Shown one piece after another: positions 1 through 10,893 of a DNA stretch of 64,000 bases. A program made the position numbers and the translations under genes. Origin of the DNA: Mayamaea pseudoterrestris (Eukaryota); the NCBI GenBank assembly GCA_027923505.1, contig BROI01000005.1, forward strand, positions 558,001-622,000, given 5' to 3'. Below the pieces are notes generated by a model. The model was not told the DNA's origin and made no database searches. It saw only the letters and a program-made list of their open reading frames with translations. How positions within the stretch are numbered: position 1 is the first letter of the stretch; the number at the start of each line of letters is the position of its first letter.

Positions 1-23
1 TGCCCACGCCGCGCGGCAAGGCG

Positions 24-503
24 GTGCGAATGTCAACGTTCGAAGATGCGAACCTGTACCACGATTACACGACGGGACGGGCAGCGATGGGCATGCTACA
101 CATGTTGAATGGAACAGTCGTTGATTGGTTTTCGAAACGCCAAGCGACGGTCGAGACGGCGACGTACGGCTCGGAGTTTGTAGCAGCGAGAGTGAGCACG
201 GAGCAGATCATGGATCTTCGCTTCACGCTACGCATGTTGGGAGTTCCGCTCGACGGACCTTCATGGATGTTTGGAGACAACAAGTCGGTAACGCAAAGCA
301 GCAACTTACCGCACTCTAGTCTGACGAAGCGACACAATGCACTGGCATTTCACCGTGTACGCGAAGCGATTGCGGCGGGAATTATTAATTTCAACCACAT
401 CATGGGAACGACAAACCCGGCGGATGTACTTACCAAGTTTCTTCCACGGGCTACGGCAAGCAAGCACTTAAAGAACCTGCTCTTCAAGGAATCGAACTAT
501 TAG
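24..503 (+). CDS. Copia Pol RNase H domain, element A (5'-partial)
   Basis: Ty1/copia RNase HI motifs in the translation. Confidence 0.92.
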   Translation: MRMSTFEDANLYHDYTTGRAAMGMLHMLNGTVVDWFSKRQATVETATYGSEFVAARVSTEQIMDLRFTLRMLGVPLDGPSWMFGDNKSVTQSSNLPHSSLTKRHNALAFHRVREAIAAGIINFNHIMGTTNPADVLTKFLPRATASKHLKNLLFKESNY

Positions 504-520
504 GTATGACTTGAGGGGAG

Positions 521-767
521 TTACAGGATGCGAACGAAAACAGCGAAAATCGGGCAAGTCACACCGAATGTCCGATAGGGTGACACAGCGGCACTCACGG
601 CTCACCACAGCCTCACGATCGCGTGATGCGTGGCAGCGACGGCTTCGAAACGATTCAACGAGTATATTGCTGAAACTAGTGCGATATAGAGTAGAAACAA
701 GCAGACTTACTAAGCTTGAAGAGTTAAGAAAGCGATTTATTCGTCTCTCGTATTGTAGCAACTGCAA
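521..767 (+). repeat. Putative 3' LTR of element A (right boundary 760 or 767)
   Basis: Follows the PPT directly. TTACAG...CTGCAA forms an imperfect terminal inverted repeat. No partner LTR in the window. Confidence 0.55.
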
Positions 768-769
768 GC

Positions 770-3700
770 TTGGATTGGCCATCCAAGGACAGCTACAAGC
801 GAAAGGTGCAACGATTTGATTTACAAGTTACAACAGCCTTGACAGCGGAGTTTGCCAATGCACCACACTGGCTTACTGATCAAGATGTGTTGGAAGAGGA
901 TCTACTGGCTCAAGAGACCTTTACACATGAGGATATGATAAGGATCCAGTCTGCAGTTCGAACCAGGAAAAGAGAAGGAGTTGTGACAGCCGAGAAACTC
1001 CAGCAGAGGTGGAACATTGGCCTGGAGACGGCACGGAATACTCTCAAGGTTGTCACGCAGAAGGGCGTTCGTCGCTTCGCTGGCGATAGACCTTTGAAGA
1101 GGATGTGGTCGCGCGCGGAAGCGCTGCGCTTCCGGCAGTTAAACTGCGAGATGTTCACCGATACAATGCAGGGTCCTTGCAAATCAAGGAAAGGCTACAA
1201 GTACCTTCAAGTCTACACGACAGAAGCAAGGCTTCACAACAGTATCCCCCATGAAAAAGAAGAGCGAAGCCCCGGAGACACTGGACTTATTACACAGGGA
1301 ATTTGGTGTACCAAGTGTTCTGGTGCCGGACAACGCTCCAGAGCTTGTTGCAGGCGACTTTTTAAAGAAGGCTCGCGCTGCAGGCTCACATATCCACTCG
1401 ATTGAACCCTACACACCCAACCATCAGCGTGCAGAATCCACCAACAATGTGCTAAAGCAAATGTACAGGCGGGCTATGCGCAAGTCAAACTCGCCGGCGG
1501 TATTTTGGGCTGATTGCTTTGTGCTGCAAGCTGCTATTTACAGTCGCATTGCGCATGACAGAGTAGTACTCGATGGAGACACTCCGTATAAGCATTTAAT
1601 GGGAGACTCGGCTGATATTTCGCATCTGGCAGAATTCAGCTGGTATGAGTATGTGTGGTTCTGGAATCAAGATGGAGACGATAATTACGCTCTGGGGAGA
1701 TACTTGGGGCCATCTCGCGACGTTGGTCAGGCCATGACGTCGCAGATCCTCACTGAGAAAGGCACGGTTGTGCATCGCTCGTCGACATTTCCATTGACGG
1801 ACAAAGACCTTCGTAGCGAACCGCTGAAGGCCCGGATGAAAGCTTTTGATGAAGCAATCCAGGAGCGATATGGAGCTGGATATAATGATGATCCACAGCT
1901 TGTGGAAACGCCAGAATATCCTGAGTTTGAACCTCCTACCTACGAGCCCTACGAGGACGAGGAAAGGAAAGAGGAAGAGGTTCCGGATGCAGATGACATT
2001 GATCACGATGCAGTTGACAAGTATCTGACGACGGAAGTGCTCTTACCTGACGGCAACGGTACGGCGATTGGCACCGTGGTTGGCCGCAAAAGAGACGTTC
2101 ACGGTAACCCCGTGGGACGGTCAAACATTAATCCACTCCTTGATACGGCGATCTACAGTGTCGCTTTCCCGGATGGGCGAATCAAGGAGTACTCTGCTAA
2201 CGTAATTGCAGAGCACATCTACTCCAGTGTCGATGACGCAGGGCACAGACACATGCACCTGAGGGAACTCATTGATCACAAGAGTGATGCTACAGCAGTC
2301 TCGCAAGAAGACAAGTACGTTCGCAACACAGACGGCAGTCTCTTCCAAGGCCGAGAGCAGCTGCGCAAAACAACCAAGGGTTGGTGGCTATTGGTCAAAT
2401 GGAGTGATGAGACTGAGTCGTGGGAGCGATTGGCTGACCTGAAGGAATCATTTCCAATCCAGGTAGCAGAGTATGCAGTTGGGAACCGCATCTCAATGGA
2501 GCCTGCTTTTGAGTGGTGGGTTCCGCAGTTTCTCAAGGACAGAGACCGGATAATCAAACTCGTCAAGGCCAGAGTTGCCAAGAAGACGCATAAGTTTGGC
2601 GTCGAAGTACCGCGCAGTGTCAAGCACGCAATTGAAATTGACGAGGCTACCAAAACGACGTTTTGGACGGACGCTATTAATCTGGAGATGACTAATGTGA
2701 GTCCAGCGTTTAAAATCCTGGAGAAGGATGCGCCAACTCCGATTGGGCATCAACACATTCGGTGTCATATGATCTTTGATGTCAAGGGGACTCTGCAGCG
2801 CAAGGCACGGTTCGTCGCAGGAGGGCACGTCACAGACCGCCGGCTATGACTTCCGATGTCCTTTCGCGTCAGGAGCAGAGCGCTAGAATTGCGTTTCCGA
2901 TCGCAGCTCTAAATGCCTGCGATTTCTCGCTCCCTGTCCAGCAACGATCGACACGACCAGTGCGCAGCGCGCGGATTCTGACCAGAAAGGGCTTCAAGGC
3001 TGTTATAGTCAGGGCATTGTACGGTTTGAAGTCGGCTGCAAGAGCTTTTGGCTCGTTTCTTGCGGAGAAACTGCAGGACTTAGGCTGGATGCCATGTCGT
3101 GGGGAGTCAGATGTGCGGATGAGGTCACGAACCAAGGAAAATGGGGAGAAGATTTGGGAGTATCTCCTGGTCTACACAGATGACCTGTTGTGCGTGGCGG
3201 TAGACCCGACAGCAGCGATTAAAGAAATTAATGAACATTTCACCCTCAAGAAGACTTCCATCGGTGAGCCTACATCATATCTTGGGAGTACCATCTCCAA
3301 GTACAGTCACGCGCATGACCCGACGAAAGAATACTGGGCAATGGGCTCAGAGAAATACGTGCGAGAGGCTATTAAAGTCGTCGAGATGCACTTGGAAAAG
3401 GACAATTTAATATTGCGGAAGAATCCGACAGTTCCTTTACCACCAGGCTATGCACCAGAGATGGACGTCTCGCCGGAGCTGGAGGACGATGAAGCAACAT
3501 TCTTCATGTCGCAAGTCAGCGTACTGCGATGGGCTGTTGAGCTTGGAAGGATAGACATTGCTGTCGAAGTCTCTATGCTGGCGTCGCATATGGCTTTGCC
3601 AAGGCGAGGGCACCTGGACGCAGTGTATCACATTTTCGCATATCTAAAGAAGCATGATCGCTCTAAGATTGTCTTTGACTCGAGATACATGGAACTTGAA

Positions 3701-4255
3701 ACTCGAGAGTCACCTCAAGAATGGTCGGAATTCTATCAGGGAGCTGAAGAGAAGATTCCAACCGACATGCCCGAACCACGGGGCAAGCCAGTGCAAATGA
3801 TTGTTTTCGTTGATGCGAGTCATGCATGTGATAAGCTGACGAGAAGATCGCGAACGGGGGTTCTAATGTACTTGAACCGGGCACCGATCGCATGGTTATC
3901 CAAGAAGCAAAGCACTATCGAGACGAGTAGTTTTGGATCGGAATTCACAGCTATGAAAGTCGCTGCTGAAATGATTCTTGCTCTACGGTTTAAGCTGCGC
4001 ATGATGGGTATACCGCTGGATGGCGCAGCGCACGTTCGCTGTGACAATGAGGCTGTAGTGAAGAACACTTCAATTCCGGAGTCAACATTACAGAAGAAGC
4101 ACAATGCGGTGAATTATCACTTTGCGCGAGAGCGAGTAGCTGAGGGTACGATGCAGGTCTTCAAGGAGGACGGCAATACCAATCTCGCGGATATGCTCAC
4201 GAAATGTCAACCTGGACCGAAGCGTCAGGAGATGGCAAGCCATGTTTTGAAGTAG
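770..4255 (+). pseudogene. Frameshifted pol of element B
   Basis: Integrase (FTDTM, DNAPEL, EPYTPNHQRAE), RT (KARFVAGGH, RALYGLKS, VYTDDLL) and RNase H (FVDASHA, NLADMLTK). Frameshifts near 1230 and 2840-2990. Confidence 0.88.
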
Positions 4256-4469
4256 ACATGGAGATTACAGGGTTTGGAGGTTTTTCCCTTGATTCGATGC
4301 ACTGAATCAGAAGTCACGCTAATGTACCTGCTGGCACCTTACAACCAAGTTGGACAACTTGGACCAATGAGTAAAGATTAAAGGAGACACTATTCATCGA
4401 GAGATGTGGAGCATGAATGGCTTACAGGTGAAATTGATTGATCTCAGTAACTGCTTGAGGCGGCAGGAA

Positions 4470-4719
4470 TGAGATGCAGATCAATTCCAGGGGAGCAATT
4501 TGGGTGCGCCATAGTCGACCGAAATATCGTGTAAGACTCGGATTGGAATATCGAGTCTGGTACACGAAGAGTCTTGCGAGCGGCAGGCTCGGATGTCGAG
4601 TAGTGTAATAGTCTCACAATTTGGCTCGGATCTCTACGAGATCGAGTGTTGTCACACAATACAAATATACCGTATTCTCGTACACTACGACGTATATTTA
4701 TTGGTTCTTGCAATCAACA
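4470..4719 (+). repeat. Putative 3' LTR of element B
   Basis: Starts TGAGATG right after the purine tract GAGGCGGCAGGAA and ends ...ATCAACA. Partner LTR not in the window. Confidence 0.6.
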
Positions 4720-7700
4720 TTTGCACATTACTTTACAGCTGACTACTAGCATCTTGTCTATAATATGTAAAAGGCATGTACATGTTATGGATGGGACAAA
4801 CAAGACAGTGCATTTTTGGGTGTTTTCAAATACGCCTCTTATTTTCACTCGATGAAACTGGATGAACTATTCGCTGAGCCGGCCCTCGTGTTTGCCTTTT
4901 GGATTAAGTGCGTCCTTTTCACGCAGGCGTTGTTGGAGATGCTGGAATTTTTGGGCTTTTTTCGCAATGCTTTGCACCGCACAATAATTGGGTGGATTGC
5001 GCAACGTACTGTTGCATTTGGCCGTTCACGAACTGTCTCACAGTGCCTTGGAGCATTGACTTTGTTGTGCCATTCAATTTTGGGTGCAGGCAATGGAATT
5101 TGCAACGTATTGGTTGGTGATTGGTGCGATGCACAGAGGATGCCGCTGGTCATTGGCGTTAATGCGCCACGCCATACAGGCGATTGCAATCTGGACTTTG
5201 GACAATATAAAAGATGCAGAGATGGAAGAAGCGCCACAGCTTGCTGCGATTAAGTTGCGGAAAGTTGCAGGCGATTGTCGTCTGCGAATCGTGGGAGATT
5301 GTACTTTACGATCCTGATCAGTACAATGTCTTGGCTTTCAGTAAATGCTTCAATAAAAAATGAGTTGATGGGCCTTTGAAATACAGATCGTGTTCAAGAT
5401 GCGCATTGGCCGACTTCTACAAATAACATGCTTGTGCTGGGTAAATGTGGTACGTCAATACACAAATAAATGAATATTTAACAACAAAATTACTTGCACT
5501 GCCAGTACCTACTTTTTAAATCGTTAGCCGGCAAACCTCTGCTGGTTCCTTGGTTGTATTAAATTGTCCTAGATGCTCAGTACAGTAGCTTGATTGTCAG
5601 CAAGATAATTGCGCTTCAAGTGTGTTGGATTCAATGATCTCCTTTACGCTTGGATGCTCGAATATCGCGAATACAAACAAATTAATTACCTTCCTCCTCA
5701 TCGAGGTGGAATTGGACCTTGCTCTTGGTGGCAGCAGGAGCAGATTATTGGACTGGTGTGGCCTGCGCCTGTCGTTTGCGACGCAAGTGCCCCCTCGGCT
5801 GGCAATGTGTCGACAGCTCGAGGCATGATATCGCCCATTGTAGTTGTAGTATTATAAGTCAAGTTTTTGTGTCGTCGCTTGTAAATCAAGGTGGCTTTTC
5901 CCGCAAACGGTAAAAGACTCCTGGTGGTCAATGACTTGTTTTAGGATGGTAACACTTTGGCGCTTGTCAGTTGGATTGAAAATGGCCCGGCCGGCCTGCG
6001 TCATTCAAATTGAATTGTCAATGGAGTCCTTGATGCCCATGTCAAACAAGGCCCGACCATGATCATCCAAACCAAATCGTTTAACTCTATGTTTGCTCTA
6101 TAACTGCTTGAGTAGCAATGGAGCGGAGCATGTGTAGTTCTCTTCAAGCCAATGATAACTTTGCAAATCTATTGACTCAAAATGTAGCACACGATTCCTT
6201 GGACTATCGAGCTCTTTAAGTGACGACAGTGTTGAGCTACTTCAACCACAATCAAGGTCACTTCAATAACATCATCTTTAAACGGTCACCAGAGCAAAAG
6301 CAAAACATTCTTCTTTCCAATAGTCACACCGGTAAGTGCATCGGGGTCGATAGGTAATGGTCAACAGATTATGTACGGCAGAGAGAAGCTCTCCATGCAT
6401 GACCGCAATGCAGCGGAAACCACCTGATGGTAATGATTGGTTTTGCAGGAAAAGCGGTGTTTGGGACTGCGTGAAGTGCACGTGACACATTTCTAACTTT
6501 GCTCCGGCAAACGCTTGACAAACATTTTGAAAGCAAGACGCGGGCAAATCGTGCTGGAAATGGGGGCAGTGTCAAGTCGGGAATCAACCAATGGTTCATT
6601 TTGTCCTGGTATTGTGCAAAGATTTCAAACTTGGAATGGCGTGTAATGCAGGGAGAATAGTGTCGTGAAGGCAAGAAGGGAGCAAACGTCGCTTTGCATG
6701 GAAATTGCCGCCGTCGAGGAAAAATGCCAGCTCTTTGCGTATATCATTGCCATTATGATACGCTCACCATTCACTCTTGATTTTGAGATGTAGCAAACGA
6801 GGCAAATCGCAAAGAGCCATCAAACAAAAACGTGCCTTCCCAAATTAACACTGGCCTTGTGAATGGGAGTCAAAGCAAGGCATGCATCCAACCCATCAAT
6901 CCAAGATGTCAACGGTGTCAACACATGCTGCCAAGGACAAGGCGTTCATCGATTTTGCTTTCCACTATGCTGCAGCGCTGCTGTTTGCCAGTGCATATTC
7001 AAGGTGGAAGACGTCGATGCGTGGCTCTTCTGCGAACGTGCTTGGCTCCCATGATGTTGTTCGCAGCAACTTTTAGCTACCCACTATTTGGATCTTTGTA
7101 ACATTATAGGAAGTACCCATTTCAAAGATGCTTATTATCGTGCTATCTATACATTCACGTAAATAGGTTGTATACATAACAATTCCACGCTGGAGTCTTG
7201 TTGTGACTTTTTCATTTTCTGGCTTACAAGAGTTAGCTAATCAATGGCATGAAGTCAATGTGTAGAGTTTTGATTGGTTGGTTTATAAATGTGACCGTCA
7301 TTGCACGCGCGCCGCGCCAAGCCTCGCTTTCGCGGCTAGGCAACGACCATTTCAAAAAACCTGACCTGCAGCAAAGTGAACTTGCCAACATGCCTTGCCT
7401 ACTCCCTGCACTCGTCTTGTATCACATCCTCCTCATCAAACTACTGCATTCACCTTCATCATGGCTGATGTTGTCACGACCAAGCTGGCGTTCCTCACGC
7501 CTGAAGCGCATGCAAAACATCAAGCCACTGGACATTCCATGGACAAAAGCAACGACAAGACAAGCTTGAACACAAGTTGTCTGGGAATGAAGAAGGTCAT
7601 TGACGGCAATGATAGTATCATCAGTGCAGTCAAGAGAATGTCATTGACAATCACTACACCTTGCGCAAAAGTCTTGTTTGATCCATTCTCCAAGACGGCA

Positions 7701-8437
7701 CCATCATCGCCATCCTCCTTGAGACGCTTGAAACGATGGATGATTATGGGACCCAAGTCAGTCACGGATGGCGCGTCGCCAAGACGGGTGGTGATCCGCA
7801 AAATCTGCCAACTCTGATCAACAAGTTTGGTTTCGAGGTGTATCTCCTTGGAAAGAATGGTGACCTTGAACTCATTGATTTGTACGACAGCTGGACCACG
7901 CAGAATGCCTTGTCAACAGCTTTGCCACAGAAAGATGGGCTCTTCCATGTCATTTTGCAAGTTGTTCCACTCAAGGAAAACCTTTCGAATGAAGCCGTCA
8001 GCACCAGCAATCATTTTAAGTACAAGCCGCATGCGTCAAAGATTTGTTTGGATATGAGCACGACTGCTCCCAGCGCTGCTTCCAACACCGTTGACATTGG
8101 TGCTATTCCCAAGCAAGCTTGTGGCAGTGACTCCGTTGTCAATCCCAGTATTGGTAACAGTGCCAGCAAGTCTCTCAAGCGCACAAGCATGCCACAGAAA
8201 GGCAGCCGCAAGCAGCCAGCCAAGGTCAAGATGGACAGCGAGCAGGAGGCTTTTGACTCCAAGGAACTTGAATCCAATGCGTCTGGCGATGGAGACAGCT
8301 CTACAATGGACAAGTCTGCTTTGACAGTTAACGCAACCAAGCTTCGCGCAAAAATTCGCTTGCAGGAAAGTTGTCGCAAGCAAGGCACGCAGGTCTTTGA
8401 TTCTAGCAAGGCTAGTGCAAATGAATGGCGCTGACGT

Positions 8438-8838
8438 TGTCACAATGACGATCTAGTCCAGTCGCTTGACGCGAACCTAGACGTCGCCGGGGGCGAACGA
8501 GCATAGTACTCGAACCTCTGTTGCGGTACCAGAAAAGACATCTACTCACAACTACGTCATTGAAATATTGCATGTGTGCCAGCCGCAGGCACGATTAAAC
8601 AAGATTAGTATTCACTATCGTGAATGGTCTTGAAAGAGCCATCTGATCAATTGCTCTTTCTCGACCGATCGTAAATCAACTCACTTTCTAGAGAACTGCT
8701 TAATCAACTAGCGTTTTGTAGGATAAGACCCCTGTAGGATAAACCAAGGTAAAGGACTGATCATCCCGCTCACTTGGAAACCGACTACAGAGGGTGAGGA
8801 ATCGTTGCAGCCGTACGAACTGGAACTGCATTGTGTCA
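8438..8838 (+). repeat. 5' LTR of element C
   Basis: Direct repeat of 15121-15521 with 4 substitutions. Confidence 0.97.
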
Positions 8839-9087
8839 GATCACACAGTCTTGGTCTTTACAATCAACTCTCTCGGGCGCTGGTGACGACCACTCCCGTC
8901 GTTTCGTTGCACACTACATTGGCAGCGGACATCCCTCGTTCATTTCCTGTCCGAGGCTTCAATCTACACTAGTCCGGCAGACGGAGGGATTGAAGACCGA
9001 GTCGAATTGCAAGCATCGCTCGGATAGAATCGACTTCCTCAATTATTCTCGCGGTATATATTCATCCCGTACCAATCAATCAACAAC

Positions 9088-10893
9088 ATGACCGTCGTCG
9101 AAGATGATCCTCCCGACGGACCCAATGTCACGCAAGATGACGCGGAAGACAACTCGCTCGCCGTCGGATTGAAAAGCATTTACAAGCTGAAGACCGTCAA
9201 CAACGACAAGTTCATGAAGCTTCCAGTCATCGTCGCCATCAAGTCACTCCTCCCGGACGGACGCCTACTCACGGAGCCATTCCTAATGCTGACCATCAAG
9301 GACATCGAGTCGGTACTGAAGGAATCCAAAACGCACATCACGGTTATTCGAACCATTACCCGCCTTCGTCAATGGGCATCGGAAGAGCACGAACTCAAGG
9401 AATGGGCGACGCTCACATTCGCAGCACTCATCAAAGCGACCGAATCGCCCGAAGAGTCTCTATTCCAAAGCGACATGAGTCGGATTCAACGAGTCAGCTC
9501 GACGGACGTTCCAGAGAAGTCCGAGGCCGAGAAGTACAAAGCTCGCGTCCGAGTCGACACCAAAGCATACACAGAGTTCAAAGACGAGTACAAATTCCGT
9601 CAATGGTGGCTCAAGACGTTCGCAACGGCCAAGAACCAAGGCATCGAGCGAGTCTTTGATCCGGATTTCAACCCGACAACGCTTTCGCCCGAAGATCTCG
9701 AGGTATTCAAAGCGCAAGAAGCCACAGCATTCGACATCATCACTTCATACTGCAAAGTCGCCAACTGCATCCCGATCATTCGTCGCCACAAGGACGGGTC
9801 GGCCCACGAGTGCTTCAAGGAAATGCACAAGATGTACTTGACGGGCAAGAACGCCGAACGCGCAGCGCAGCGAGCCGAGTCGAGAGTTCGCGACATGAAA
9901 CTGACGAACAACCACGGCAGCACGTACACTGCGTGGTTCACTCAATGGGAGAATGCCTTGCTCGATTACGAAGATTATACCGGCGAAACAGTCCCCGACG
10001 CGACGCGCAAGAAGTGGTTGTCCGAATCGGTTCGCTGGAACGACGCCTTTCGCCAAGAAATCAGTTCGGCGAGTCGTATCCTCAACGCGCAAGGTCAAGA
10101 TCAAAGCTTCGAAGACTGGTACAAGCAGCTCATCGAGTTCGCTCGCGATACCGACGACGTCAAAGCGGCACGCAAACGCCAAATGAAGATCCACCAATCC
10201 ATCCAACAAGCGAGTACTCCACCGACCGGAGGCACTCCACCGACTAGCGGCAACACTCCAAGCAGCAGCCAAGGCGGAAACGGTCGTGGAAATGGCAGCG
10301 GACGCGGAACCGGTCGCAGTTCTGGACGCGGCGGTGGACGTGGCGGCCGAGGTAACTTCGGACGAGGTGGTGGACGTGGACAGTGCACCAATCCTTCTGC
10401 GGCATCGAACCGTCGAGTCGAGCTGGATGTATGGTTCTCTTGGACGGAGGAGCAACGCGAAGCTCACAAGGCAGAAACTCGCTGAATCCGAGAAGCGGAA
10501 TGTGCGCGCCTGCAGCTGAACGCAAGCCAAGCCAGCACGAACAACACTAATACACCACCAACTCCACAAATTCAGCTTCCACCGGCGAATACGACGGCGA
10601 TGTCAACTATGTCAGCGATTACTCAGCCTACAGTCGGAACTACACCAGCACGTGGAACCGCCATGCGCGCGTTTCAGTCTCAGCAACAAGGCTCGATCGC
10701 TCAAGGAAGCCAGCCATCTACTCCACCAGTGTATCAAGCACGAGTCGGCGACGTTACATACAACATGTATCGTGCCAACGCAACCAACGTCACGCGTCGT
10801 TCTACAAACCATGTCGCTACACATAATGCCACGCAGAGCGCTTATGGGTATACTCGACAAACTCATATGTACCGTGCAATGGACTCCGTCTGA
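9088..10893 (+). CDS. Gag of element C (frameshift near 10480)
   Basis: Long ORF after the 5' LTR with a CoDi gag-like core (FRQWWLKTFATAKNQGIERVFDPDF) and an RGG-rich nucleocapsid-like tract. Confidence 0.8.

Larger units (their letters stand above)
1..767 (+). mobile_element. Ty1/copia (CoDi-like) element A, 3' end only: RNase H, PPT and 3' LTR; inserted into element B
   Basis: ORF 24-503 has copia RNase H motifs (WFSKRQATVETATYGSEF, FGDNKSV, NPADVLTK). PPT GAGGGGAG at 513-520, then LTR-like sequence from 521 to about 760-767, after which element B pol coding sequence resumes. Confidence 0.85.
768..4719 (+). mobile_element. Ty1/copia (CoDi-like) element B: integrase-RT-RNase H and 3' LTR; 5' part lies outside the window
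   Basis: Domain order IN-RT-RH across ORFs 770-1405, 1251-2849 and 2846-4255. PPT at 4457-4469, then a TG...CA LTR. Confidence 0.9.

Noticed and set aside
1230..1260. Programmed ribosomal frameshift in element B pol
   Set aside because: The shift falls within the integrase core, and similar indels are scattered through the elements; mutation or assembly error is more likely.
4990..5320. HELSH (HExxH-like) motif in a stop-interrupted plus-strand frame
   Set aside because: No other metalloprotease features; likely chance.
9745..10569. Long antisense ORFs opposite gag regions (also 25000-25557)
   Set aside because: Shadow ORFs of GC-rich low-complexity coding sequence.
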